From Camelus dromedarius (taxonomy: Eukaryota): DNA of 64,000 bases. The position numbers and the translations under genes were made by a program. The stretch spans positions 96,102,001 through 96,166,000 of the forward strand of contig NC_087472.1 in the NCBI RefSeq assembly GCF_036321535.1, given 5' to 3'. The notes beneath the pieces were generated by a model. It was not told where the DNA came from. It made no database searches and saw only the letters and a program-made list of their open reading frames with translations. Positions 1 to 12,489 of this stretch are shown here, piece after piece. Positions within the stretch are counted from its first letter, which is position 1, and each line of letters opens with the position of its first letter.

Positions 1-104
1 TGCTGCGCACTCTGAGTCTTGCCGGATACTTTGCTTCTCTGAACACAGTAGCTGTCTGATTTATGGTGACTGCACCAAAAGATCTTAACCAAAAGATCAA
101 AAGT

Positions 105-318
105 AGCATCACCAATACGGGGCAATCATATACCTCCTGATGTGATGCACTTGGAAAAAGGAACATCACCTACAAGGAACAACATCTTCTTGCAAATAAT
201 ATTTAACCTGAATCTAACCACGAAGAAACAATCAGATGTATTCAAAACGTAGGACAATCTATAAAACATCTGACTTGAACTCCTGCAAAATGTTAATGTT
301 ATGAAAAACAAAAAGGGC
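105..318 (+). mobile_element. Old L1 (L1MC-like) 3'UTR fragment
   Basis: Resembles the L1MC 3'UTR (tttaacctgaatctaa...gaagaaacaatcaga...aaaatgttaatgttatgaaa). Confidence 0.6.
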
Positions 319-1061
319 ATTAGATTCTTGTGTATGGTACAATGCATACAATGTATGCATCTTATGTATTGCTTAACAATAAAAACAGAGACGTCTGCAT
401 GTATATCTTAACTAGAGAGCACTAATTAAACCAAAAACTTAGAATGAGAATTAACCATCTTTGAGTACCATTTTACGTAGAATTAACTTTCACCATCAAG
501 GTCAACGTGTCTGAACCCTTTTCTCAAACCCATTTGTGCGTAATGCTCTTGGTCCCCAAGAGAGCAAAGTTAGATCCATGCCCTCAAGTGATTCAACATG
601 AATTATTGACCAATGGGCAAATCTTTTGTGATAATTGAGCCCTGTCTCATAGCATAAACATGCACTGTCATCATGAATAAAACCTTCCCCCGAAGACAAA
701 TAGCTGTACTAACGGTTCAGAATCTTCTCCAGAACCAACTTTGGTTGGTTTGGGGCTTTTTTTTTTTTTCTTTGTTTTGGTTTTTTTGTTTTGTTTGGTT
801 GTTTGGTTTTTTGTAGTTTGAATATGATGCTCCTACACGTTTTGGGTTTGTTTTTTTTTTTAATGCTGGTTTAGCAGCATGAACTAACACTTAGAAATGG
901 TAAACCAGAATTCTTCTGGGAATTATTAGAGGTATTGGAGCAAAGTTAAGAAAAAATTAAGTTAGAACATTGATGTCAGCCAGTCAATAGTGAATTTTAG
1001 CAGAGGATGGCAGCATGAGGGTTTCTTAATTTACATACGGCCAGTGCTCTACAAAGCTTAG

Positions 1062-1180
1062 AGCAGTGGTTCTCAACTTTGGCTGCAAATTAGAATAATC
1101 TGAGCAGTTTTTCAGTGTTCCAATGCCCCCAGGACCTATTAAATCAGAATTTCTGAGGATGGGATTCCAAAGTGAGAACA
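1062..1180. mobile_element. MER5-family hAT-Charlie MITE
   Basis: cagtggttctcaactttggctgca..ttagaat terminus and aaatcagaatttctg core. Confidence 0.7.
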
Positions 1181-2069
1181 AATTTGAGAGCAAGTGGTCT
1201 AGACAAGGCCTTGCTAAACCTTTTAGAGTCACCAGCAGGATGGCTAACCTGGATGCAAATATTCCATCTAATAATATGCAGTCACATATACCCGGACACA
1301 CCTCTTTCCGTGAGGAAGGAGGGCTTATTTCCCGCCTGTTCTAAAGACTTTTTAGTATTTTATAGCATTTAGTGCCGCGACTTCCTATGAATTGAACAAT
1401 ATCTAGGTTACCTAAAGGACTCTTATGCAAGGCCAGCACTAGGTTTATTAGAATCAATGTGAAACCACCCCCAGTGTTAAGCATCTGCCACCAACAGAAA
1501 CCATAGTCTGACTGTCTCCGTGGTTTGGGTTTAGGAAATGGAGAATTATTTCGGTTTAAGCAGTTATCACTTGTTGCTTCATCATTATTACCCTCTGTGT
1601 TTCTTCCACAGTAAAGACAGCTTACATTTCATTTCCCTTTAACTACTTATTGAATAATTTCTGCCAATGAGACAAACTTGCCCAAAGAGTCATGAATAGT
1701 TCAGGCATAGTCAGTAATTTGTTTTCTAATCACCTGCTTTAAAAGATCATCCTTGAAACACAAAAGGTGTTCAAAAGTGAGACAGGGACATGTCCCCTAA
1801 TTCAGACATTACTAGCAAGGTAAATCTGCTGAAAAGTTATGTATGTGCATATAAATCTGATACTTTCCAGAGCCATATATCTTATCCTTAGATCAAAAAT
1901 AAAGGTTATGTCTTGACTGATCTTTATTTTCATTTCCCTCTATGAGCTTAAATAATCAATGGTGAGCTACACCTGACGACTTGCTAGGTTATATCCGTAT
2001 CTCTTGAAAGCACTGTTTCTAAAAATTCCCATTAATACTCATTTTTTTTACATGTTGTAGTCCACCTTA

Positions 2070-5000
2070 CATTTTTAAATTAAATTTAAATTTTGAGATA
2101 GTTGTAAATTCATATGCAGTTATGAGAAATCATACAGAAAAATTCCGTGTATCCTTTACCCAGTGTTTCCCTTTGGTAACATCTTGCAAAACTATATCAC
2201 AACCAGGATATTGGCATTGATACAGTCAAAATACAGGGCATTTCCATCTCTCAGAACCCCTTACATTGCCCTTACACAGCTCTATCTGCTCCCCTCCCGT
2301 TCAACCCCCATCCCATTCTTAGCCATTGGCAACCACTAATCTGTTCTTCATTTCTGTAATTTTGTGTGCAGGTCTTTGTATGGACATGTTCCATTTCTCC
2401 TGGGTAAAGACTTAGGAGTGGAATTGCTGAGTCATGAGGTAAGTATATGTTTAACCTTAAAATAAACTACCTAAACTGTGTTTCCAAAGTGGCATTGCGA
2501 TTTTACATTCCCAACAGCAATGTATGAGAGATTTAGTGGTTCTGCACCCCCAGCAGTACTGTCAGGTTTTATTTTAATTGTCGTTCTAGTGATTATGTAT
2601 TGGTATCTCATTGTGAGTTTTGACTGGCACTTTCCTGATGACTAATGATGTTGAGTGTCTTTTCATGTGCTTCTTGGCTATTTGCAACTGTTTTCTCCTC
2701 GATGCATTTGTTCTTTGTTTCTCTTTGTTCTTTGTTTCTCTTTTCCCCCTTCTTTGGTTTTAATGGAGCATCTTATATGATTCCATTTTATCTCCTCTCT
2801 TGGTATATCATTTATACTTCTTTTTTAAAAAACTTTTAGTGGTTGCCCTAAGGTTTACAATATGCATTTTACAGTAAAGTCCACCTTCGAATAACATTGT
2901 ACTGCTTCACGTGTAGTGCAGGTACCTTAGAAATGAGTATTTCCAAGTCCTCCCTCCCGTTCCTGTGACACGTTGCCAGTGTCCGGGAACTGTTCGTGTG
3001 GGAAAATGCCCCACCTACATAGGAAATTGGGTCTCAGAAAACTTATTACGTGGTTTCTGATGAGAAGCCCACTGTAATTCTCATCCTTATTCTTCTATAT
3101 GTAAAGTTTCCCACCTGCTACCCCCCACCTCTGGCTTCCTTCAAGATTTTCACCTTGTCCTTTGGTTTTTGTTGCTGTTGTTGTTTGGTTAGTGGGTTTT
3201 AGGGTTTTTTTCCTTTGTTTGGGGGTTTTTGTTTGTTTGGTTTTTTTTGCAGTTTGAATGTGATGGTCCCATGTGTGGGTTTTTTAATTTGTTTGTTTAT
3301 TTATTTATCCTGCTTAGTGTTTTCTGAGCTTCCTGGGTCTGTGGTTTTGTGTCTGTCATATTAATGGTATATCATTTGGAAAGTTCTTGGCCACTGTTAC
3401 TTCAAATATTTCTTCTGCCCTGGTTTCTCTTTCTTCTCCTACTTTGATTTTGATATTTTCCTCATACTCTTCTCCCTGACTTCAGCAGTGCCAATGTTTC
3501 CTCAAAGTCTTGTCCCCTGTTGAATATGGTTGTTTTTATTTTTCCTCAAGTGAAACAGGAAGGCTGGAGAAGGCTAAAATTCCCTTCTCCAAGTTGGGAT
3601 AATATTGCAACATGGCCCTTTGACAAAGTCTTGCCGTCTGACCAAGTCTTTCCTCAGGAGAGTAAGCCTTTGTGAGAAAGAAGATTCTGGAAGTGTTTCT
3701 AAATGGTTATTCTTCCTCTTCCCCTGCCAGGGCCCCCAGGGGATCTTTCTCAGATCCTCAAAATGAGAATCTGGTGGGGTTCTTGGAGAAAAAGCCCAGA
3801 GAAGTGTGGGGTCCTCCCTATGATTGCAGCAACTCTCCAGGAATTTCTAAATTTCATGCTAGTCCTTACTCAGCCTTTAGCAATTCATCAAAATTACCAT
3901 TTAAGTGTTCCCACCAGATTATGGTTCCAGCAGCTTCTATTCCAGATAAGCAGATCTCAGCTGTGATTCTCTGTATGTGCCTGTCTCTCGGATTTGGGGA
4001 TGCCAATTGGCCCTATTTTCTCAATTCTCTGATGGGTCTAAGAAAAGTCGTTGATTTTCAGTTTATCCATATTTTTCTTGATGTAACAATGGTAGCAACA
4101 ACGTCCATGCACTTTACATGTTAGAGCAGAAATGAGAAGTCGCTTGGCCATCTCTTGTATACATTCTTTGATGAGGTATTTATTGAAATCTTTTGCCCAT
4201 TTTTAAAAAATTGAGTTATTTGTCCAATGATTAAATCACAAGAATTTGTATACATCCTTAATAAAAAGTCCTTTATAAATACTTTTTGCTTTTTTTCTCA
4301 CAGTCTGCAGTTTATTATTTCATTTTCTTAACTGTGTCTTTAAAGACCAAAAGTTTTTTTTTTTGTTTTTGGTGTAATTCAATTTATCCACGTTTTCCCT
4401 TTATGGTTTATGTATTTTATGTCCTATCTAAGAAATCTCTGCTTAAACCAAGGTCACAAAAACTTTCTCCTGTTTTATTCTAGGAATTTTACAGTTTCAG
4501 GTCTTACATTGAAGTCTTTAATCCATTTTGAGTTGCTCTCATACATTGCTGGAGGGAATGTAAAATAGCACAGCCACTTTTACATCCAGGTCTATGATCC
4601 ATTTCATGGTTAATTTTTGTATATGGTATGAGATAAGAATAGAGGTTCATTTTTTGCATGTAGTTATTCAGTTGTTCTAGCATCTTTTTAATTTAATACA
4701 CAATGTAAAATTTACCATCTTAATAATAACCATAATCTTGATAATAACCATTTTAGAGTGTACAGTCCAGAAGTGTTAAGTACATGCACATTGTTGTGCA
4801 ACCAATCTCCAGAACTTTTTTATCATCTCAAATTGAAATTCTGTGTCCATTAAATATTAACTCCCCGTTCCTCCCTCCCCCTAGCCCCTGATAACTGCCG
4901 TTCTACTTTCTGTCTCTATGAATTTGACTACTCTAGGTAGCTCGTATAAGTGGAATCATACAGTATTAGAGGGGACATGACTGGCTTTTTTCACTTAGCA

Positions 5001-5715
5001 TAATGTCCTCAAGTTTCATCCATGCTGTCGCATGTCTTAGAATTTCCTTCCCTTTTAAGGCTGAATAATATATACCATATTTTGTTTTTCCATTCATCTA
5101 ATAATAGACACTTGGGTTGCTTCCAGCTTTTGGCTATTGTTAGCAATGCTGTTATGAATGGCAAGTTTTTCTTAAAAGGCAGGGGTTTGTTTTTGCCGTT
5201 GAATTATCTTGGCACTTTTATCAAAAATTGACCTATCGCATATGTGGGCCTATTTTTGGATTTTCTGTTTTGTTCCGTTTATTTAAATTTCTGTACTAAT
5301 GGCAATACCACACTGTCTTGACTACTGTAGCTTTACAGTAAGTCTTAACATCCAGGAGTCTGAGTTCTTCAACACTGTTCTTATTTTTCAAAATTATTTT
5401 GACTAATTGAGATAATTTTTAGAATCAGGTAGTCAATTTCTATCAAAAATTTTGCTGGGATTTTGACTGGGATTATATCGAATCTATAGATTAATTTGGA
5501 GGAAACAGGTATTTTAACAATTGAGTCTTCTAATCCATGAACATCCCTCCCTTTTTGTAGGTTTTCTTTAATTTTTCTCAGGATTCTTTTATAGTTTTCA
5601 GTACACACAAGTACCACAAATTTCATTAAATTTATCCTTAAGTATTTCATGTTTTTTATTCTGTTTTAAACTGGTATATATTTTTTAAATTTCAATCTCC
5701 AATTGTCTGTTGCCA
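2070..5715 (-). mobile_element. Cluster of nested old L1 fragments (3'UTR, ORF2 and ORF1-region pieces)
   Basis: Typical antisense L1 text (ggcaaccactaatctg, tggtatctcattgtg, tcacttagcataatgtcctcaag); minus ORF 5381..5650 is a decayed ORF2 piece (KYLRINL.K...ENYK...KLIYRF). Confidence 0.85.
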
Positions 5716-6884
5716 TCTAAGATTTTAATGCCCAAAACAGATGACCATCTTTCCCTTCCCTCAACTAGGACAGGTGGCACAACTGTGGGAACAGAATTTT
5801 CTTTCTTTGCATTTCTGCTGAAGTGTCTATTTATGCCAGAGAGGAGCTAGAATGCCACTACTAAGCCACTCAACATTTTGTTTCCTTTGGAACCTGGTGT
5901 GGAGAGAAGCCAAGCCATTTCTCAATTGGCATCTTGGTTTAGATTCCAAAATGCTGGCACACAGTTTCTTAACTTAAACCTTGATATATTTCAAGACATT
6001 AGAGTTCGTTTTCTTGAATCAAAAGTTTGGAAGTGTTACGCTTTCTTCATAGATTTTCGAAGGGTATCTACACATCTTTCTCATATAATCGCCTGTTGCT
6101 GCAGTTGCACTGTCCACAGTCAGGAATATTTGGAGGCGGAGTTCTTAGAAATCCTTTGACTTGGTGGCCCCGCCCACAAAATAACTTCTTTAAGGTTCAC
6201 AGTTGAAATTAAAGACTCCCTTTTGCCTTGGTAGGTGAGAGAATGGAGGCGAAGGAAAAGAAAAGGAGAAAGATACAATAAGCCAGGTTCTCCAGTCAAG
6301 CACAGAAATCTTGTGTCATGAAACAGCTGCTGGTAAACAGCAAAAAGCCACGGGGAAGATCAAGGCAATTACAAAATATATCATGTTCTGTTTTTCTCCA
6401 GGTCAGTTCTATACCAGGCAGAAAGTCAGTTTTTCCATTAGGAGAAAAATGTCGGCAAAACCTAAGCCATCCATTAAAATAATTATTATGAGGTGAGGGG
6501 AAGAAAACAATTTCTGAGTTACTTGGCTTATCACTCTAACATCCTAGGAAAGTTTTATCAATGGCCCAAATGGATCAACAGATACATTTCTTTGCTTGGA
6601 GCTCGGTTGTTTCAGCAGGTTACCGCAAATGAAAACTATTATGTGCCTAAAAAGAAAGCTCATAAATTCCAAAAGTCCTGGCTCCCTGCAATTTCTCAAT
6701 GCATTTCTTTTCTTTGACACAAGCTGTTCTCCAGATCGAAACTCCATCCTCAGGATGATTTATCTGCCTGCAGTCCTTTCAGAAGTACCTCCCACTGTCA
6801 AATCAGATTGCTTTGCTTTGTACTCTCTATCCACTCAAAGCCAAATTGTTCAAGAAGAAAATAATGCAACTTTGATGCCAAATG

Positions 6885-7070
6885 AATTTGTTCATTAACA
6901 AAATGTTTACTGAGCACTTTATATGTGCCAGGCCCTCTTCTAGGCACTGAAGATCTCAGCAGTGAAGTCCTGGCCCTCTCATTCTGCTTGGAGAGATAGA
7001 CAATAAACCAGTACACATAATCTGTCCCTTGGCAATAGGTACCATGAAGCAAAACAAAGCTGGATAGGAG
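6885..7070 (-). mobile_element. L2 3' fragment
   Basis: ttcattaacaaaatgtttactgagcac..tatgtgccaggcc..ttctaggcactg L2 terminus. Confidence 0.7.
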
Positions 7071-7250
7071 GGAACAGACAATGATGAGTTGAGGGTGGCA
7101 AAATCGATTATCTAAGCCATGGAAATGTTCAGTTGAACACACCTTATATACTGATTTGTAATTCCATGAAGACTGGTACTGCTATAATTGCCTTCATTTT
7201 TCACCTGGTTGAGAGCTTGACACAAAGTAGATGCTCAAAAATCCAATGGA

Positions 7251-7477
7251 GGCAGGGAGGTTATAGCTCAGTGGTAGAGTTTGCATTAGCATGCCCGAGG
7301 TCCTGGGTTCAATCTCCAGGACCACTATTAAAATAAATAAATAAACCGAATTACCTCCCTGCCCTAAAAAATAAACAAAATACAATAAAAAATAAATTTA
7401 AAAAAGTTTTTTAAAAGTTGAAAAAAGACTTCAAAAAGAAAATAGAAAGAACTCAAATAAATAACCTAACTTTAAAA
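7251..7477 (+). mobile_element. tRNA-Ala-derived SINE (vic-1-like) with extended tail
   Basis: A box tagctcagtgg, B box ggttcaatc, (AAAT)n-aattacctccc tail; 14-bp TSD aaaaatccaatgga at 7237-7250 and 7478-7491. Confidence 0.9.
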
Positions 7478-8099
7478 AAAAATCCAATGGAAAGAGTAAT
7501 ATGCAAAAATACCTAAATTTGACACTTGAACATGTCTTGACATCATTGGACTATGTTTTTAGTCCATGCTTTGCATTCCTTCTTTAGAACTGTTGCTAGA
7601 TAATTCCAGGGCAGCAAGAAAAGCAGCAAGGGAAGGGGCCCCAGGTAGTCACTTTCCTCCAGGGTCAAAGAGGCTGCCATCTCTTCATCTGTTCTCTGGC
7701 TTCATCTCAAAACTAAAACCACCCCACCCTCAACACACACACAAAATAGCCTTGGGTGAATTCATCAGTCAAAGAGCTTCTCAGCCTAGTTATCTGGCAC
7801 ACACGCAGCAAAGGATGTCGGTCAGTTACAAAATGCTTCAGGGATTCATTTCTTCATTTAACAATTCTTTTCAAAGCAACTACTATATACCAAGAACTAT
7901 GCTAGAACTATGCTAGATGGAGCAAATTATTTCACCTCAGTCTAGATTCTAGCCCTCAGCCACTTAGATTCAGGAAATCATATTGTTCACACATTCACAG
8001 ATGATCAGACTTTTGACAAACTACCTGTAATTAACTGTAATTAAAATAACCAGAAAATGCTAATGAATTCATTAATTTATACAGTGATTTAGAAGACTT

Positions 8100-8200
8100 C
8101 TAGCTGGGCCTGCTCCTAATATTTGTGGGGTTAGGGCAAGACTATAAATGGAGGTCCATATATGCCTAAATATTGAAAAGTTTGAAATCATGCTAACAGA
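8100..8200. mobile_element. hAT-Tip100 (MER115/Zaphod-like) terminal fragment
   Basis: agggcaagactataaatggagg..catatatgcctaaatattgaaaagtt resembles this family's terminus as recalled. Confidence 0.5.
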
Positions 8201-8203
8201 TTG

Positions 8204-8288
8204 TATATATATATATATACATACACACACACACACACACATACACACACACAAATATACGTATATATGTATATATGTGTGTATATAC
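8204..8288. repeat. Compound (TA)n/(CA)n microsatellite
   Basis: Directly visible dinucleotide runs. Confidence 0.95.
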
Positions 8289-10098
8289 AGGGAGGGGAAG
8301 CCAAGCCCTTCCTCTGTGCCACATCAAAAGGTAGGGCCAGCCCAGACATCCAGATCCTGTTCACGTTTTCCTGCTAAAAACTTGACCACCCCTTGTGCCC
8401 AGGGAAATGCAGCTCTGCAGTGAGGTAACCCCCAGGAGGATGGCCCTGAGGAAGAGGCCACTCATGCCCTGGAAGCAGGCTGAGGACATCTTGGCAGAGA
8501 ACTCCAGAGTGTTCCAGAAGGTGGTTGATGGTCTCCAGGCATGCACCATGTCTCCATGACCACATGGACTTCTCAGAGGAGGAGCGCCAAAGTAGAGCCC
8601 TCTTAAACATGGCACCAAAGGCCACAATCCAGGGCACGCCCTACCCACTAATGAGGTACAAGAAAGCCAACAGAATGCTGCTGGGGAATCCATGCAAAAG
8701 GAGGGTGATTTCACCAGCTCTGGAACCAAGGCCCAGTTGACCATCCACGCTTCCTGGTATAAAACACCTCCTGGGCCATGAGGATACTTGTCCCCCAAAT
8801 TCAGATGTGTATCTCCTGTGATAGGGCAGACACAGTTTTCTTCCCCAACAACATCCTTTTCTCTGAGGGTCAGGGGCTGCAAAGGTTCCCACAGACTGGG
8901 AAAATAGGAGCTAGAATTCAGCCCTCTCTCTGCTCACCTTTGGACTGGAGGACACCTCTTTCTAATTCCCACCAGGTGCCCTATAGAGTAGCTGACACCT
9001 GTTGCCCACCCATTTCCAACTCTGTGGGCCTGGGCAACTAGGCTCCACCCACTGACACAACTCTCAGAGCTCTGGAGTGCCCCTTGTGGTAGACCATGAG
9101 GATGGTTAACAGGGCTCTTCTAAGACCATTTTAGTTGAAGAGACTCTCAAAAGTAGAGAAGACCCCAGAAAGCCACCAATAGGTGTTCAGATAATAGACA
9201 CCTTCGTAATCCAAGGGTAAACGATTTAATTTATTGACCTGACTAGGTCTGTGATAAGAATACAATAAGTAGTTGTGTTGGTAGCCCTGTCTCCATTCTA
9301 TTGCTTTACAGTCAGAATTAATCAAGCCCTACCCTCTCAACTTTCTCATGCTTATGACAAATAATCACCTACTCTAAGCAGAAATTAACTGAAGGAATAG
9401 ATTGGCAGTGATTCTTCTTTTGGACGTGAGATAAGAAGCTCGAAAATATAATCAAATGCACTATTATTCAAAGAGATGACAACAAGAGGCAATTTCAAAA
9501 CTAGCCTCTCTTGTGAACCATTGGTCCTTGATGACACAAGAGTGATTTTTCTGTTACTGAGAAGAGCAAACGAGTGCAAATAGAGGTGGATGGTGTTTTC
9601 CTGACAGCTGAACCAGGCTTCAGTTTAGATTCAGGGAAATCTGTTCGAATTGATCTGAGCTGCATAGAGTTGGACCATCATTTCAATGGATCCAGGGAAT
9701 CACTTGGGAAGAAATAATGTTCCCAGAACTTGTTTTTTTCTTCTTCTTCTTCTTTTAGTTTACTACCTGGAACCCAGCACAGGAATGTAGCTTATCTCTG
9801 ATTGTCAATCTCAGCCTCTTTGGGGGAGGATCCATGGTGGGTAAGAATGAGGATGAGGGAAACCATAGGAAGGAAGAAGGTAGAGGTATCTGCAAACATG
9901 GATCTGAAAAGAAGTGTTGCAAGCTGAGGGCTAAAGGCAACTGGGGGAAGAGATCCAATACAAATGTAACATCTATTTCCTTGGGTTCCCGGTGGCTTCT
10001 AGACACAAGTTCCATGGGGTTTTCTCCCTGTTGACCGCTAAACTTCCCCCATGCTGAGGATTCTGTCCTAATAGTCCTTGTATCACTTAGAAAAATAA

Positions 10099-10745
10099 GT
10101 GTATCAGTCCTAGTTCGGTCAGGGAAGCAGAACCACTATTGGCCATGGAGGAAGGGATTTATTATAGAAAATAGACCTGCCCTTTGTGGGAGGGACTGCA
10201 GGAGTGGAGGTCTAGGGAAGGTTGGAGGATGGGAGAAGCCATGCTCCTGGCAGTCAGAAGCCCAGGACAACCAGCTGCCAAAGTGAAGAAGGAAGCACAT
10301 GGGAAGCTCGGGAAAGCTCTGTAGGACGGCTGCACAGACATCTGATGGTGGTCCAGGGCTGCTGTTGGTCAACAGTGTCAGCAGTTGGGAAGAAGTGGGG
10401 AGGGTATAGCTCAGTGGTAGAATGCATACCTAGCATGCACAAGGTCCTGGGTTCAATAAAAAAATAAATAAACCTTAAATTACCTCCCTTGCCATTTAAG
10501 AAAAAGACAAACACATACAAAAAACAAAACAACTGGACTCAGAGCGAAGAGAGTGAGGACAAGCTGACACACACTGTCACCTGCCCTCTGTTCATCACCA
10601 CACCCAACCACTCTCTGTACCTTCACATTGCTTCGCTCCTGCCTTCCAAACCTTGTGCAAATTCCTCTTCTGGTCAACTCTAACCCAGAGCTGTAAGGGA
10701 GGGGATCCTTGGAATTGTGATTCCAGCTCACCAAGTCAGCACAGT
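10099..10745. mobile_element. ERVL-type solo LTR (MLT2-like) interrupted by a SINE
   Basis: tgtatcagtcc...cagggaagcagaaccacta...aagggatttattatag start; ends near caagtcagcaca. Confidence 0.65.
10397..10530 (+). mobile_element. tRNA-Ala-derived SINE (vic-1-like) with internal deletion
   Basis: ggggagggtatagctcagtggtaga...ggtcctgggttcaat followed by aataaacc..aattacctccc tail. Confidence 0.88.
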
Positions 10746-11179
10746 ACGTACTACCATGCTAGGAAACTAGCAGCAAATTCACTGACCTAGCTCCCCTGCA
10801 ACCGGCACAGCACCTGGCCAGAGAAAGTGCAGGATGGATGAGTGGGTGGATGGATGGAATGATGGATGGACAGAAAGCTTGAAGGGATCCTTCAACTAAT
10901 CAGAGCAAGTTTTACCATCCGGAAGATGGAATATGTAAGAAAGTGACTAAGTTTTCCTGCCAGGATGGGACATAGGAAATCTTTATATGATTAAGGGGAC
11001 TTTAGATGGACAGCAGTTTTTTGGAACTGAATTATAATACTCACATTAACAGTCAGCAGCCAAAGTTCCCATAGCACTTTGCTGCAGCCAGATTTTAAAG
11101 GAATTTGTGTTTCAGGGAAAGCCTCAAGCACATGTGCATTTAAAGAGTTCTTGTAACACACAGCTTTATCTGAGGGGAA

Positions 11180-11859
11180 ATTATCTTAACACTCATTGTG
11201 AAGATTCAACATTGTTAAAATGCACAAATTCATTGCCAATGGTGCTTAGAATAGCTGCTTGGAAGAGGTAAAATGTTTATTAGACTCTAAGTAAGTTTGA
11301 GCGATTTATTTTCTCTATCTTTATTCTCCTATTTAAAGAAAAGTGCTGAGTTGTATATTAACACTTCAAGGTCTTAACCACTTTTTATCTTGAAAAAAAA
11401 GAGAGAAAATGTTTGTCATTCCAGGGGCATAATCAGTCGAGCCTGCACACAATGACATAGTTAATTCACCAACGGAATTTGTTGCCATAGCTCCAGTGAG
11501 GGACGGGGTAGATTAAACAATGGCCTTTTTCACGAGTGCAGCTTTCACCAACCTGCCTGTCCCCACACAACAGGCTGTCATCGCGCCAGTCCAGAGCACA
11601 GCAATTGTCAATGAACAACAGCCCAGAGGGGACAAGAGGAGGCTTGTGGTAAAGAAAGCAAGAGTGCCCGGCGACTGGGATCTCTGCTTATTCAATCACT
11701 GGGCTACAACTAGCTCCTCCAAGCTTATCTTTAAGCTTAACCTTTCGGTCAAGTGCTGCCTTAAATCCAGAGAAGGAAAAATTTCACCCAGTGACTCAAG
11801 AGAACTCCAGAGTGAAGAGAGAGGACTCTAGATAAGAGGGCCAGCACATTGGGGCAGAC
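11180..11859 (+). promoter_or_regulatory. PCYT1B: Putative promoter/5'UTR of the distal (beta3-type) exon
   Basis: Repeat-free sequence directly upstream of the ATG; SOX-type ACAATG/CATTGT motifs and an X-box-like GTTGCCATAG at 11481. TSS cannot be located from sequence. Confidence 0.5.
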
Positions 11860-11931
11860 ATGGTGGGCCACCAGGAATGCACCATGGAAGACGACACCAG
11901 GGACAACTGCACTCCCAAATTCTGGCGCGAG
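11860..11931 (+). CDS. PCYT1B: PCYT1B distal alternative first coding exon (CCTbeta3-type N-terminus), MVGHQECTMEDDTRDNCTPKFWRE
   Basis: ATG at 11860 in a strong context (gacATGg); 24 codons end at a GAG|gtaatg donor in phase 0, matching the exon 2 acceptor. The peptide resembles the human isoform-3 N-terminus as I recall it (MVGHQEC..ME.D....WR). Too short for the ORF track. Confidence 0.88.
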
Positions 11932-12418
11932 GTAATGTCCATGCTTTCTTATTGATTTTTGCCTCTTTGATGATCAAAGTAGGTTCAGAAAGTTAAGTCC
12001 TATATATCTGCGAGTGTAACAGACCTGTGATAATTATGAGAATTCACACTCAAAATAGAAATATTATCCTCTCCATCTTAAGGTGATAAAAAAGAAAAAC
12101 TGTGGCTAATGGTTCTTTATCCCCTTACTGAGGATGCAAGCACCCTGGACAGAGTTGGATGCCAGGAACAAATTCTCTTTCTAAAAAAAAGAAAGGTCAA
12201 ATCCCTATGAGCAACTGTAGGTAGTTCAAGGCCAAGAATGATGCTATGGGAGCCTGAGGGCATTGGAGAAATGTTTTAACGAAGTGTTCATTATCCTATA
12301 AAATGAGAAACTCTTCTAGTAGAGGAGTCACAAAATCCTGATTAGAACATCCATTTCCAGATTCCATGCAATGCAGCTATCATATAAGTCATACTACCTT
12401 CTACGGTCTTTTTTTAAA

Positions 12419-12419
12419 T

Positions 12420-12486
<67 letters not shown>

Positions 12487-12489
12487 TTT
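12419..12489. repeat. (TTTA)n tetranucleotide microsatellite, about 17 units
   Basis: Uninterrupted TTTA run. Confidence 0.97.

Noticed and set aside
3672..4124. 150-aa plus ORF
   Set aside because: Lies inside the decayed L1 cluster, starts at GTG, and has no homology I can recognise.
8361..8882. 173-aa minus ORF and overlapping ORFs
   Set aside because: No recognisable protein or splice structure; adjacent to a DNA-transposon fragment and probably repeat-derived.
1..11179. Exons of a neighbouring upstream gene
   Set aside because: No CpG island or recognisable coding exon is visible; the region is mostly repeats.
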